DNA of 64,000 nucleotides from Camelus ferus (GCF_009834535.1 NC_045697.1:17734001-17798000); one strand, 5' to 3'; positions 23,537 to 36,890 are shown, counted from the first letter of the stretch. Numbers and translations: made by a program. Notes: a model not told the origin generated them from the sequence alone.

Positions 23537-25309
23537 ACTAGTTTCATTGCTTTATATTCAATTAGGAAAATCACACACACACATTCATTACCCTACTTGG
23601 TCATCAGCTTTATTCACCCCACTCAGCTCTCAGTGTTCTTTGCTGTTTCCAAAAATTAATTCAACTCCTGAAAGATAAGCAATGTGTTAATAATAAATAA
23701 TGGAAAACCTTATCCTAGCAGCATAAATAGAGAGGGAAAATGATTTGCAGACATCCACAAAAGTTGGTCAATGGAAGAGGTCTGCTTTGACCTCCGCCTT
23801 TCACAGCGGCTGAGTTCCCCAATCAGCAGAAGAGAGATTTGGGTCTCCGGACTTGACAAGTAGGCTCAGACTTTTCACATTCTTCTCTGCCTTCACTCAG
23901 CAGTTGCTTTTTCTGTTTTTCAGTCCAAATGTCTGTTTTCTCGTTTATTCTTAGCACACATTCATCTGCCAAGTTAAATATGGTTAAGACAGCTATTTAT
24001 TGGTCCTCTGACTATTTTTAAGGGTAAAGGGAGGTCCTTCATAAAGACATCATTTTCCACACAATCATCTGAAAGCTTAATTTATGTCATTGCTTGTGTC
24101 CCGGCTCAAGTTGCTGAATGACAAACAGTGACGTAAATGAAGATTTTAGATGACTTTACTGAGATTATACTCCAGTTACTGGCTTGGAGCAAATAGAATC
24201 CTTTGCCAAAATATGAGCTGCACTGACTAATGCTCACCAAGAATAAACTAGAAAGAGCATTAGATGTAGAAATGGAACAAGTAACTGCCCTGAGTTTAAA
24301 AAAAAAAAGATATGCCTCGTAGATGAGTCAAATTTCATATAATTTTTAATGTAAGGAAGAAGCAAGGTCCGATGGAGAATATTTGTAGAGTCTTTAGAAA
24401 GTGGAGGACAGGGGAAAACCAAGCTTTAAGAGCGCACCCTAGTGACCGGTTCAACAGTGCCTTTCTCCCCGTGGGTGGTGCCCGGGAAGCCTGACCAGTA
24501 AAATACTAGCAGGGGACTAGAAAGAGCTTTTGTACAGCATTAATTAAAATGTAAAGAAGAAAGAGCCCCTAAAATGTTCTCTCTTATTTCCCTTTTAAAT
24601 TTGTGAGTAGCCAAATATGAGACTGAGCATGCAAGGATAGGGGTCATTGTAGCAAAACACTAATCTGACACATATTCTATGAAACTTCTAGTAGACTTCC
24701 CGTTGATGAATTAAAGCTACGAGCCGCTGTTCTGAGGCCATGATATCCATCTCCAATATTTAAGACAACCCCGCCATTTTATAGATAAGGAAATGAGGAC
24801 TCAGAAAAGCAAAGACTTTACCCAAGGCCACAAATGGAATTACCTCAATTCCAAAATGCCATTGACCGTGGGACTCACCATTGATTTCATAACTGCTTTA
24901 CAGGGAACCACAAAAAAACCCACTTCATTAAATGTACAGCTTTGTTGTAAGATCAATTGTGCTTTCAAAAACATTAAAATTTGAAGGGAAAAAAGAGCCT
25001 CTGAAATACACAGAAATATGACAGAACATCAGCCCGGAGGAAGGGCTTTGGATCAAAGTCTTTCTGGTCCAAAGATCCAGGCTCTCTCCATGACAGCCTG
25101 CTCACTCCCTGATCTGTGCATCAGGACCAAGAGCAGTGGGTCACACTGAGCACTAGAACTAGCACCACGACTATACAATAAAACCACATGTTGAGTCCTC
25201 TCTGTCTCTGGTTAGCTTTTCAGTAATCTGCATAATAAGAACTTTTTTTTTAAACCTGATATCAGGCATCATTGATTCATCCACTGCCCCCCACCATCCC
25301 TCTCTTTAT

Positions 25310-26230
25310 TCTGCAAATATTGTGAGCCAGACCCCAGGCTGTGTCCTGGAAGAATAGCAGGGAGCAGAACTCTGTCCTCATGTAGCTCACCCATGGGTTG
25401 GGGAAGGGAGGCAGGGATATTATCAAGTAATCACTCAAACCAACAAAAAGCTAGAAGTTGGCATGTGTTCTGTGGGAGAGGTTCACAGTGCCCCGAAAGC
25501 CCGTCTAGGGGGATTGGATCTACTAGAGGAGATCTTGGATGGCATTCCTGAACCAAGTTCTGGGAAGAGTTACTTTCTCTCTGAGAGGAAAGAAGAGCAC
25601 GTTCAGCAAAGCAGAGTGTGTGCAAAGGCCATGTGGTGAGTGAGAGCAGGATGAGTACAAGGAAGTGGAAGCAGGCCAGTGTCACTGAAGGGCAGAGAGT
25701 GAGGAAGCCAGCAAGATGTCAGGGGCATCCTGGAGGGTTTCCAAGGTCACTAAGCCATTGTCCAGAACAGCAGGTAAGAGTTTGGATTCTGGAGACTGTT
25801 TTCTTGGGTTCAAGTCCCCACTCAACCCCTTATTAGCTGTGTTACTTAATCCCTCCGTTTGCTCACGTGAAATATGAGACTATTAATGGGAGGATTAAAT
25901 TAATGAATAGGGTGTGTGTAAAACTTTCTAGAACAGTACATGGCACACATTTGGCACCATATGCTTATTTGCTATGATTCTAAGAGCAACAGTGAGACAG
26001 AGCAGCTTAGCAGCAAGAAGGTGACATCATCAGGTTTGGATTTCAAAAAGGTCACTCTAGCCTTTGTGTAGAAGATGGGCTGTAGAGAGGCCAGAAGCTG
26101 TGGGCTGGCCAATTAGAACTGTCGCAATAGTCCCGGCAACACTTGGAGTAGGAGGGTGGAGTGGTGGTGGAAAGAAGGGGACAGAATGAAGAGATAGGAG
26201 ACAATAATCATCAAGACCTGCAGAGAGGAA
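25310..26230 (-). mobile_element. L2 fragment with a nested MIR (~25765-25975)
   Basis: L2 antisense motifs (tgtgcaaaggccatgtggtgag, aaaggtcactctagcctttgtgtagaagatgg) flank a MIR core. Confidence 0.65.
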
Positions 26231-26983
26231 GAGAAGAAGATCTCATCCCAGTCTGTCATCATCCTTACCCCTTGACAACTACAAAAACCCATGCGAGGAG
26301 GACTCAGAGACAGAAGCAAGAAGTCAATTTGCTAAGTATTGCGAGGAAGCCAGAAAATAAAAACACAATTGATATTTAAACCAAACAAACAAAAAAACCC
26401 TGCGAAACTACCAAGGTCACCAAGTTTTCAGTCATCTGTTCATGGTGGAATAACAGCAGTTTTCAGGCATAATTAGCATCTCCACATCTGCGGGCATAAG
26501 TGTCGCACGAGTCAGGGATAAAGGCATTTTGCTAGGTAATCAGCAACTGTCAGGAAATACTCAAGGACTCATTTATTTTGGGTACTAGAACTACATAGAG
26601 TGATCTCGTTGTTTTGTTGTTTTCTTTCGTTGTTATTTTATCAATGAATGCAAAGTGTTTTACATTTCTTCCCTCTATGGGGTGTTGTGGGTTACTTATT
26701 TGTCCCTGGTGCAGGTGTGAGAAGCATCATTTTTACTTCTATGCTCTCTGTCCCCCACTCCCTACTGCCACCCTCAGTGTGGAGGGGCCTTCTGCTCTGC
26801 ACGGCCATCTCCAGTCTTTTCTGAGCCCTCCTGCCATATAAGAGGTCCTCAAGAAACTTCCTGAGCTCTTCTCTGGCAAAGGGTTTCCTACATGCAAGGG
26901 CCTTTGAGCAGCAGAAATTCAGGACCATGGGGAGAAGGTAGCTGGAAAACTTCTAGCCATGATTTAGAGTCCTGGTAAGGTAA

Positions 26984-27396
26984 TGTAACGGATTGAATAG
27001 TGTCCCCCGAATTCACATCCACATGGAACCTCGGAATGTGAGCTTATTTGGAAAGAGGGTCTTTGCAGGTATAAATAGTTAAATGAAACCATCCTGGATT
27101 GGATGTGGGCCCCAAATTCCATGATTTGTGTCTTTGTAAAACAAGGAAAAGAAACAGAGAAACACAAAGAAGATAGTGTGAAGATGGAGGCAGAATTTGG
27201 AGTGATGGGTCTGCAAGCCAAGGAAGGCCAGGAGCTGGGACAGAGGTAAGAAGAAGCCAGAAAGGATGCTCGCCTAGGACTCTGGAAGGGCACATGGCCT
27301 TGCTGGCACCTGGATTTTGGTGAGAGAATAAATTTCTGTTGTTTAAGCCACCAGGTTTGTGGTCATTTGTTACAGCAGCGCTAAGAATCTAAGACA
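26984..27396 (+). mobile_element. MaLR solo LTR (MLT1B/C-like)
   Basis: TGtaacggattgaatagtgtccccc ... gagaataaatttctgttgtttaagccacc ... ctaagaCA. Confidence 0.87.
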
Positions 27397-27924
27397 GATG
27401 GCAGTTGGTGCAGGCGATGGAGAGGGACAGAAGAATGGCATAGGAATGGGTGGCTTCAAGGAGAGGAAGATAAGGTCTGAATCAGGGACCCCTATCTCAC
27501 CCATCTCAACAGACTGACTTCCACCCTGGGCCAGGCTGTGATTTCAGAATCAGAGAGAAGATCGTTGAACAATTAAATAAATGTTCAATGGTATGGCAAA
27601 AACTGCTGCCTACCAATACCTTTTCTTCCCTTTCTCCTGTTAGTAGTAAAGCTGCCCGTGACAAGTATTAGCTGGGCACACGGCCATCCAGCTAGAGACT
27701 ACATTTCCCACTCTCCTTTGCAGCTGAACATGTCCATGTGACTGTATTCTTACCAATGTTAAGTCAAGGAAAGTGATATATGCAACTTTGGAGTCTTGAC
27801 GCTAGCACAGTTGGGCAAGTGCCCCCCTTCCCTCTCTACTCAAGAGCTGGAATGCAAACATAGTACCAATGAGCCACTGTAACCAGGCAGACAAGAACAA
27901 CCCTCTAGGACGGCACTCATACAA

Positions 27925-28203
27925 CTGCACTGGCCATGTGTGCTGCTAAACCCTTGAAATTGAGATGCGCTATAAGGATATAGCACTGGATTCCAAAGAC
28001 TCAGTACCAAAAAAAGACTGTAAGGTATCTCATTAATATTTATTTTGATGACATACTGAAATGATAACATTTTAGATATATATTAAAAATGATGTAATGT
28101 TAAAATGAATTCTCCACTATTTCATTGTAATTTTTAAATGGTGTACGAGGAAATTTAAAATTATATATGTGGCTCACTGTACACTTCCATTGGACAGCAC
28201 TGC
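27925..28203. mobile_element. MER33/MER3-like hAT-Charlie MITE
   Basis: cactggattccaaagactcagtacc ... aaatttaaaattatatatgtggctcac ... ttggacagcactg terminus. Confidence 0.75.
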
Positions 28204-28210
28204 TCCAGAG

Positions 28211-28425
28211 CAGAGGTGAGCAAAATTACAGCCCACAAGCTAAATCCTACCAACCACCTGCTTTTGTAAATAAAGTTTTATTGGCATGCAACCGCATCCA
28301 TTTGTTTTGTATGGTCTCTAGCTGCTTAAGTGCTATGATGGCAGAGTCCAGTCGTCACAAGGGCCACTTGGCTCACAAAGCTGGAAACATTTATTATCCA
28401 GCCCATAAAACATTTGTTGATTCGT
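28211..28425. mobile_element. MER58A-like hAT-Charlie MITE
   Basis: ccacctgcttttgtaaataaagttttattgg hallmark with cagaggtgagcaaa terminus. Confidence 0.8.
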
Positions 28426-29521
28426 AATCAAAAGGATGGTTGACTTCAGAAGAGAATCAACCTGGGTCCTGAGGACCTGGTCTCAACGGAACAGAGTTGC
28501 TCACCCTACCTGCACCATCTTTCTACAACTAAAGTATTCTATGAGAGAGAAATAAATGTCAGTCTTGTCTGAGGCTCTGTTCTTTTTGGTATCATTGCAA
28601 TAGTTTAGTATTTACCCTAAAAACGTGTGGGGAGCCCACAAGATGAAGCTGCAGGATGAGGTCCCCAAAGATGGCATTTAGGGAGGGACAATGGAACACA
28701 AGCTAAGAAAAGATATTTCCCCAGCTTTCCCTGGGAGAGGCTTGAGCCCCGAATGTTCATTGTCACCACAGACTATGAGCCTATAGCGTAGGATCCAAAC
28801 TTCATCTGGGCTTAGGACCTAATTCTGAGAAACCAGTGGGTAATAGGGGTCATGGAGCTTAATCAGCAGCTTTTACTCAGTGCTCCCCCTCTTGGCATTT
28901 TAAGCCCCTCTGTCACCAGGCTACGCTTGTTTAAATGCCTCAGTAAGAATGACAGTGCTGTTTGGAACCTGACTCCAAAATGTGCAACCAGCTCTGTTTC
29001 CCAGGTTTAACCAGGGCTGCTTATCTGGTCTCACCAAGTGACTGTGACAGTGTCCCCAAATGAGAAATATCCAAATACGTAAGCTGGGTGGTCTTTCCTC
29101 CGCCCTGTCTCTCAAGCCTTGCGCTCTCCTCTGCACCGCTCTGAACGGAAGTGTGTCCCCTTCACAGCACACTGGCAATGCGGTTATTTACCAGCATGCC
29201 CAGTGACAGCGGTGCCTGGGGGAATAAATTCTCCTCTCTCCGACATGCCTGAGAAGGTAGCCTCTTCGGCTGATAGAAGAATTAACCTTATAAACCCGGG
29301 GCCTTATTACCAGACACAGCTCGCAGCCCTACAAGCCAAGCCCCAGCCCTCTCTCTTTTTCTTATTATATCAAGAATGTCACAGTAATATATGGAAATGT
29401 TCTCAAGGGCTCTCGGATCAGCTTTGCAAATGGTCACCCATTAAAAGAAGGCAAAGTGCTTGCAGGATGGGTAAGGTAGAATGCATTTGAGCACAACCTA
29501 TTTCCAGTGTCCCAAGTTATT

Positions 29522-30234
29522 CATCCATTTTGGGGAGGAGCTATTGGAGATATTCACAGAAAATCCGTATTTTGAGTTTGGCCACCAGCTGTACTCTCTC
29601 ATTTGTAGCTAACTCAAAGGTGGTATTTCATGAACTTTCATTTCTCCCATGTTCACTCTGGGGCAAAACTGATAGAGAAAAGTCTAGGAAGAGGCAGACA
29701 CTGGAAACTGACACAGACACCTGTGTGCCCCACTCAGGGTTTTGGTTGTGGTCCCCACTTCCCCAACCCCCTGCAGGGAGGACCAGAGGTTTCATCTTCA
29801 TCAGATAAGGCTGACACAGGTGTGAAGGTATTCTTCTGCAGGTAATAACTTCCCAAATTCCTAGTTTTACTGCTTTCCACCTTGGTTCCCCTCAAATCCT
29901 TGAGTGCAAATATCAACTGTATCCTAATGATTTGTTCCCATTTGGCTCAAAAGACTGCAAATCCAGGTGCTCCTCCTGTTTATTTGTCCTCCCCTTGGCA
30001 TTGCTGCTCCTTCAAAGCTCTCTAATCCTTCCCCCACCTTTGCCTTGGGCCAGCCCTCAGCAAGTCCCAGCTGGCCTCTCTCCTGAGCTTCCTGACTGTC
30101 CCTCTGCCTCCTGATGCCCCATGAACTTCCTGAAACATCCATTTTGGGAGAAGCTGTTGTATGTATTCACAGAAAACACATGTTTTGAGTTTGGCCACCA
30201 ACTGTACTCTATCATCTGTAGCTAACTCAAAGGT
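29522..30234 (+). repeat. Dispersed ~100-bp direct repeat pair (29522-29621 and 30136-30234)
   Basis: Manual alignment gives 12 mismatches and 1 gap over 100 bp (~87%), offset ~614 bp. Confidence 0.92.
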
Positions 30235-30649
30235 AGAACAAATCCTTCCACAATTCTGCTTGAAAATCCAAATTGACTGTCCATTGTCTAGTTCTCAGGA
30301 TGGCACCAAAACCCTGTGACCCAACTAATTCTCTCCTTTCACCTTCTCTCCCTCCCCCAACAAACTCCTTACTGTTCCTTAAATGTACACTTTCAGGCCT
30401 CCATACATTCATACATCTTTCTGCCTGAACCCTTCTTTGTTCTACCTGGTAAACTCCTATTCATCCTTCTGAACCCAATTTAAATATCATTTCTGAGGAC
30501 TTCCCTGACACCTCCAGGCACAGTGGTCCCTTTTTTGCCTGGTTTCTTGCTTTTCTTTGCACTTAGCTTTGTTATAAAGAGTATTTATCACATTCTGTTG
30601 TAACTTTTGCATGATGTAAGATGCTATGATTATTACACAGCAAAGCTGC

Positions 30650-31560
30650 CTAAGATTATTTTCCATTTTTTACTATAAATAACAGTAAGATGTCTGTATC
30701 TCTGCTTATTTACTTTGGATACATTTCTAAAAATGATACTATAGATGTGAACAAAAGTCATAAACATTTTAAGGCCCTAGATACATGTCACAAAATTATT
30801 TTCCAAGAATATAGTCATTCAAACCCCTACCAGCAATGATGAGAGTTCCCTTATCACTCAGTGATATTGAGTTTTATTTAGAAAACAAAACACAGTTTGC
30901 TAATGAGGTTGGCAAAAAAAAAATCTTGCTATCTTTAATTACTAATGGGTTAAATTTTTCCCTTATACGTGTATTCAATATGAGTTGCACATTTATATCA
31001 TTAGCTCATATTTTCCATTGGATTGTTTATCTTCTCATATTTGTCTGTAAAAGTTCTTTATATATTAAAGATACAAATCCCATCTGTCATATTTCTTTGG
31101 CAAACTTTTAATCCTGGTTTGTTTAAGTTTAATTTTGATATTGCATAGGGAGTTTAATTTGTAAATTTTTCCCTCATTATATGTTCCATGCTTTAGAAAG
31201 TCCATCCCCATCCCCAAATCCAGTAAACTTTAACTTATAGTGTCTTCTAGATTTTATGGCTTCTTGGGGGTGAGGGGAGAGGTTAACTCTTCAATCAGTA
31301 ATTTTGGTAAAAAGTATGAGGTAAAATCTATATTCCCCCCATTAGTTAAATAATTGTCCTAATACCATTCATTTAGCCATTTTTTCCCTTTCCTCCTTTA
31401 TTATGTTTATCAAATAAAAATCTTATCCTAGAACAAAACAAGCCAAAAAAAAATCTTATCCTGGAGTCTATTTCTGCGGTAACTCTTTTGCTCCATTCAT
31501 CCATCTGCCTGGATAGAATTTAGTCACTGGATTTTCACTGTCATATTATATGTTCTGGAA
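30650..31560 (-). mobile_element. Old L1 (L1ME-like) antisense fragment
   Basis: T-rich L1 antisense motifs: ccctaccagcaatgatgagagttcc, gttctttatatattaaagata, aataccattcattta. Confidence 0.7.
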
Positions 31561-32141
31561 ATTAGATTTCTCAGACTTTATAACTGCCCATCTATGCACT
31601 TATATTATGGCGTTGTTCTCTTTACCTGACTGTGTTTATTCCACATTTTCCTATTTGAGTGTGGCTTCCTGGAGAAGCCCCTCTCGATGCCCCAATCTAA
31701 TGAAGAGCCCCTCCCCAGGGCTCACCTAATAATATCTTTATTAGAACTCACTGTGCAGAATACCTTCACCTTTAGTTCCCTTGCCTCTTTATGCTACTGG
31801 ACTGTCAATTCCCTGAGAGCAGGCATTTTTTAAAAATATCTTTATTTTGTATCCTGATTACCAAATAAGTACTGTGCCTTTCTCAAAGTGGGTGCTCAAT
31901 GAATATTTATTTATTTAAACTGAGTTCAGTTGAGTTGAGCTGAATTGAACAAAATCATAATAGATTGGGTTGCCAATAGTTTACAGATTGAGACGTCTTT
32001 TCTTAGCAAATTGGTTTCCCTCTCTGTAACAGGCTCCAGACAAACAGAAACCACTTTTAAGTATTTAAAACAGAAGGAATTTAATACAGGGAATTGTTTG
32101 TCCTGCTGATGAAAGACTGAGAAGCCAAACAGTAGGGTAAG

Positions 32142-32960
32142 TGTGATATTATGATTTATAAGAAACACACACACACACATATATACAGTCATTCAGATGG
32201 CCAAAATACATTTCTCAGATACATTTTGTCTTCATTCAAAGTTCCTATCTCACAGCTTCCAAAACCCTTGGAAGTTTCTGCCGTCACAATTGGGTTTATG
32301 TTAATGAAGGTGACTTTTGGATCCCACCCCAGGAGAAGCAACCATGTGATTAGAAAGTTGGAGATTTCCACTCCCTGAATTCTGGGGAAGCGAGGCTTGA
32401 GATTGAATCAATCTTTATTGGGCAATGATTTAGTCAATCTGACTATGTAATGAAGCCTCCATAAAAACCCAAAAGGACAGCTTTTGGGCCCTTTTTGGAG
32501 AGCTTCCACATAGAGGAACCAGAATGCTTCCACGTGCCACTGTGTGGGGCTCCAAGCTCCACAAGGACAGAAGTTCCTTCATTCAGGAACTTGCACTGGG
32601 TACTCTTCAACTGGACGTTCATTTGTATCTTTTAACATCCTTCTATAATAATCAGTGAGTAAACGGGTTTTCCTGAGTTCTGTGAGCTGTTCTAGCAAAT
32701 TAATCGAATCCGAGCAGGGGGTCACTGGGACCTTCAGTTTGTAGCCTGGCAGTCAGAAGCACAGGTAACAACCTGGGCTTGAGACTGATGTCTGCAGTGG
32801 AGGGTGGTCTTGTGGGACTAAGCCCTTGACCTGTGGATCCTGAATCTATCTCTAGGTAGAGTGTCAGAATTGAGTTGAATTACTGGACACCCTGCGGGCA
32901 TCGGAGAATTGCTTGTGGGTGTGGGGACGCCTCCACACACACATTGAAACTGGATCCAGT
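32142..32960 (+). mobile_element. MER21-like ERV LTR
   Basis: Starts tgtgatattatgatttataagaaa; contains gtaatgaagcctccataaaaacccaaaaggacag, ttcctgagttctgtgagctgttctagcaaattaatcgaa and gtgtcagaattgagttgaatt. Confidence 0.8.
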
Positions 32961-33169
32961 CACCTATTTTTGAAGTCAGCCCCTACACTGGAGAAACAGG
33001 GAGGAGGCGGTGTTACCGAAGCCCAGAGCCAAGTTCCCCCTACGAGACCCTGGTGAACCCCTGGAGGACGATGTTGTGGAGAAGGTACAGCCACTGCTGG
33101 GAGCACTGTGGGCAGAGAGGGATAAGAAAGAACCTGGCTTCCACCTTCTGTCCACTCCTTGGCTCCCAC

Positions 33170-33188
33170 CACTGCCCCCTACTGGCCA
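33170..33188 (-). promoter_or_regulatory. Candidate CTCF binding motif
   Basis: Minus strand TGGCCAGTAGGGGGCAGTG; the core CCAGTAGGGGGCAG fits CCASYAGRKGGCRS with no mismatch. Confidence 0.6.
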
Positions 33189-34124
33189 AACCCAACCAGG
33201 ATCAACTTTGTTGGAGCCTGGGGAGCAGAGCCTGTGGGGGGTGGCTCCCTCTGTCACAGAGCAGAGCATGAAAGGAAATGAATTCTAGAGCAACAGAACT
33301 AGCGTTTGTTTTTTTTTTTTCTCCTTTTATTTTTTCTTTTTCAGTTTGACAATATTATTTCTTTCTAAATAGAATAACTAGGGAAATTAGATTTTAAAAA
33401 AAGTCAACAAGTGAAAAATCAACCCACAGTGGAACGCAGATGAACAGACTTCAGTGACTCCTTCTAATGGGCTCCCATTTCCAGCAGCCTAGGAATCAAT
33501 AGGGATGGCTAAGTGCTCGGGGAGCCAGGGGTGGAAAGAGGGGGGGGCCACGACAAGTCAAGCATGGCTGCAGTTTCATTAAAGACCCGAGAGTGACATG
33601 AGCCATCGATTTTGTTTTTCCCAGAACTTTTCTCTGATTCGGTGCTTTGTGAAGATAGATGGCTGGACTACCAGGCAGCGCGAGGGCAGAAAGGAAGTCC
33701 AGGGACCCTGATGCACAGCCAAGCTGCCGGGGCTCAGACTGGACCAGATTTCCACATTAAAGAGAAGACTCCAAGTGTATAGAAAGATGGCTTAGGAATG
33801 CTGAGCTCTTGGCTTCAACACTGCAAATTGAGATTCAGAGAAAGTATGGAAGAGGTTTTAAGAGCTTTGCTTTGGGAATTGGAAAAGCCAGGTTCAGTTG
33901 TTAACTGGCTATGTACAACTGGACAAATTATCCAACCTCCCAATAACTCAGTTTCCTCATTTGGAGAATGGAAACATGAGTAACACCTGGCTCCAAGGAC
34001 TATTGTAACAGTTGAATGGGAAAATACATGTAAAGTACATTAACTTACAGCAAGCATTCAGGAAAAGTTGGCTGCTACCATTTTCAGTGTTGTTTTATTA
34101 TTATTGGATGGGTCTTATAAAGCT

Positions 34125-34460
34125 GATCTGTGCCTTTGCATGTGCTGTATTTTCTGCCCGGAATGTTTTTCTCTTTTGTCTCTTCCCTCTTGTTAACATC
34201 CATTCATGCTTCAAGACCTAAGTCAAATGTTAACTCCTCCAGGAAGCCTTCCCTGACCACCCCACGTCTGAGTTGGCTGACCCTTGGCACCCTGTTCTTA
34301 TACTTATCATAGCACTTGCCACATTATATTGTTCTTAACACTTCGCTTAATGGACCATGAGAAACTGCAAACCTGGAACTAAGTCTTTTCATTCTACCTC
34401 TCCAGCCCCTCGTACAGGACATAATAAGTGTTCAAAAGATGCCTACTGAATAAAGGAATT
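34125..34460 (+). mobile_element. L2 LINE 3' fragment
   Basis: gcctttgcatgtgctg ... cattcatgcttcaagacc ... ctcctccaggaagccttccctgacca. Confidence 0.75.
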
Positions 34461-36032
34461 CTATAGTATAATTCTGAGTCCCTGGAAAACTCTTCCTGCT
34501 TCCAGCAATGCCTCTCCCACTTCCTAAAATCTACCATCAGAGCTTTTCCTTCTAGCCTAAGACTTTGATCCCATTTAAACCCTATATATGCCTCCCCCCA
34601 TCACCTGCCATGTATGATAGGTACTCAACAAATATTTGAAAAACTGAATTGATTTAGAGGTTGGGTTCTCCAGGAAAAATAATTCAGACATCAGCAAATC
34701 AGAGAAGAGGGGATGGCAGGGAGAAACAAGAAGGGACCATCTCAATGGGGACCTCTCACTAAAACTCAGCTCCTTCCACACAAGGCAAAGTGCAAGGAAG
34801 GGAAGCTTTCTTCTGGGTCCTCTGCTTCCACTTAGGCTACCAATTTCTCCTCTGGCCATCCCAGATCTCCTACTTCACCTCCTCAGCAAGGCTCCTGGTG
34901 CCTTGGGCTGCTCCACGCTTTCATGAGGACAGACTTCGCTGAGGAGCAATACTTAACCCACAGGAATGGTGATTTGAATGAAGGGAGAGCACCTACTGTG
35001 TGCCAGGCACTTTACCCACAATTCACTAACACCTCCAATAATCCTGAAAGGTAGCTGGTATTAGCTCCAGTTAACAGACCAGGAAACTGAGGCTCAGAGT
35101 GACACCTTGCCCAAAGTCACACAGCATGTAAGTTGTGGAGCAGACACACCACAGCACCAAACATTGTAGAGGCCCTCAGTGAACGCGTGTACTTAATTGC
35201 TGTATCTGGCCATCGTACTCTATTTCAATGGTTGGGTAAAAGTACTTACCTGGCTGTTCTGTTACGTCATAATGTGGAAAGTTTTCTGGCATTTTTCTTA
35301 CTTAGTACCAACAGGATGCTCTGTATCCAACTTTGCTTTTCTGTTTCCAAGTTCCCAGGTTTATGGGCTATCTCTTGGCCATTTTTTCTATACCTTCCCC
35401 TTCAAAGCTTTAAAAGGATTATCAAGCCCTGGGCTTGCTCTGTGTGGGTGACAGATGCTGTCTTGACATAGAATACAGAAGAAACACTCTGTTGAAACAT
35501 TTTTTTTAAGGCATGCACACTCACTTAACAGGAGACAGTGGTGGGTGATGTGCTAAGAAGAAATGGCATTATGTTTAGACCAAAGACTTGGAAACGCAGT
35601 CTTGCTGGGTGACAGCCAGTCAAGACAGCCCTACCTAATGGACAGCAAAAGCATTGTTTGGGGACATTTACTGCAGAATACGATGAGGTAGAGGCACCAA
35701 AGGTGAACAAAATATCATCCTTCATAGGCAGAAACATAGACAGTGACAGAAAATAAATTGCTGGAGAAGCATCTCTTAAAAAAGAGTAGGTTTAAACATT
35801 TTCCTGACTCAAGTACCAAAGGCTGGTTGGATTTTTATCAACGGAAGGAATGGAGCTCAGCCAAAGAAATTTGTGTTATTTTTCTTTTGGGGGGTGGTGT
35901 GTTGTAGAGAAACATTCAAATGTAAGACCATATATTTAACTTCAAATAGTTTGGGAGCAATACAGAATAATATGATAGTAATAGAGCATAGAGCCAAAGA
36001 TCACAAAATTTGGTATCAGAAGAACCAGGGTT

Positions 36033-36323
36033 ACATAGAAAACAAACTATGGTTACCAGGGTGGGGAGTGGGGCAGGAAGGGATAGATTAGGAGTTTGGG
36101 ATTAACAGGTACACATTACTATATGTAAAATAAATAAACAACAAGGACCTACTGTATAGCATAGGGAACTATATTCAATCTCTTGTAATGAGCTGCAATG
36201 GAAAAGAAACTGAAAATATATATATGTATGTATGTATATGTGTAACTGAATCACTTTGCTGTACACCTGAAACTAACATTGTAAACTGACTACACTTAAA
36301 TAAAAAATAAGGGGGGAAAAAAA
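36033..36323 (+). mobile_element. Artiodactyl-type L1 3' end with TSD, inserted in a MIR
   Basis: acatagaaaacaaactatggttacc ... aacaaggacctactgtatagcatagggaactatattcaat ... gctgtacacctgaaactaac plus A tail. TSD agaa(t)ga[a/g]ccagggtt at 36018-36032 and 36324-36339. Confidence 0.9.
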
Positions 36324-36397
36324 AGAATGAGCCAGGGTTGAATCCTAATCCCAGTGACTATTAGCTATGAGATCTTAGTAAGTTTCTTAACCCCTCT

Positions 36398-36745
36398 GTA
36401 TTAGTCAGGATAGGAGAGGCCTTGCTGCAGTAACATCCCTGCCCCAGAGCTCAGTTTGATTTCTTGCTCACATGCTGCCAAATTGGACACCAATTCTTGG
36501 TGGTTCTGCCCCGAGCTGGGATTCAGGGATGCAGGCTTCTCCCATCTTTTGACACACAGACTCTGAGGTTGCCATGGAGGACAGAAAAGATGGTAGTCAC
36601 GGTAGGGGGTTTAGGGCCAGGCCTGGTATCATCACTTCTGCCCATTTCCCATTGGCTAGGCCCAACAGAATGGCCCCACCTAACTGCCACAGAGGCTAGA
36701 AAAGGTCATCTTCCAGCGTGAGCACATAGAATGGTCTCTGCCACA
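36398..36745 (-). mobile_element. Old MLT1 LTR fragment
   Basis: tgtattagtcaggatagg ... tcacttctgcccatttcccattggctagg ... atggccccacctaactgc. Confidence 0.7.
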
Positions 36746-36890
36746 CTGTCTGAGCGTCTGTATAACGGGGGGGAATGCAATCTACTGACACGGTCACTGA
36801 ATGATTAATTGCTCATGTGAAGCTAGTTACTGTTGTTTATATTTGAGCTGATATAAGTATAAATAATCTCTCATAAAATTAGGTCTGGGT

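Larger units (their letters stand above)
27592..28625 (+). mobile_element. Old MLT1 LTR split by two hAT MITEs
   Basis: gactacatttccca...ccatgtgact (27.6-27.9k) and atgagagagaaataaat (28.5k) flank the MER33-like and MER58A-like inserts. Confidence 0.6.
32025..33305 (-). mobile_element. ERVL LTR (LTR33/LTR41-like) split by a MER21-like LTR
   Basis: Left piece aaaccacttttaagtatttaaaacagaaggaatttaatacagggaattg (32025-32141); right piece ~32975-33305 with ccactgccccctactggccaaacccaacc. Confidence 0.6.

Noticed and set aside
24430..24448. CTCF-like GTCACTAGGGTGCGC (minus strand)
   Set aside because: Mismatches at two core positions, including a near-invariant G.
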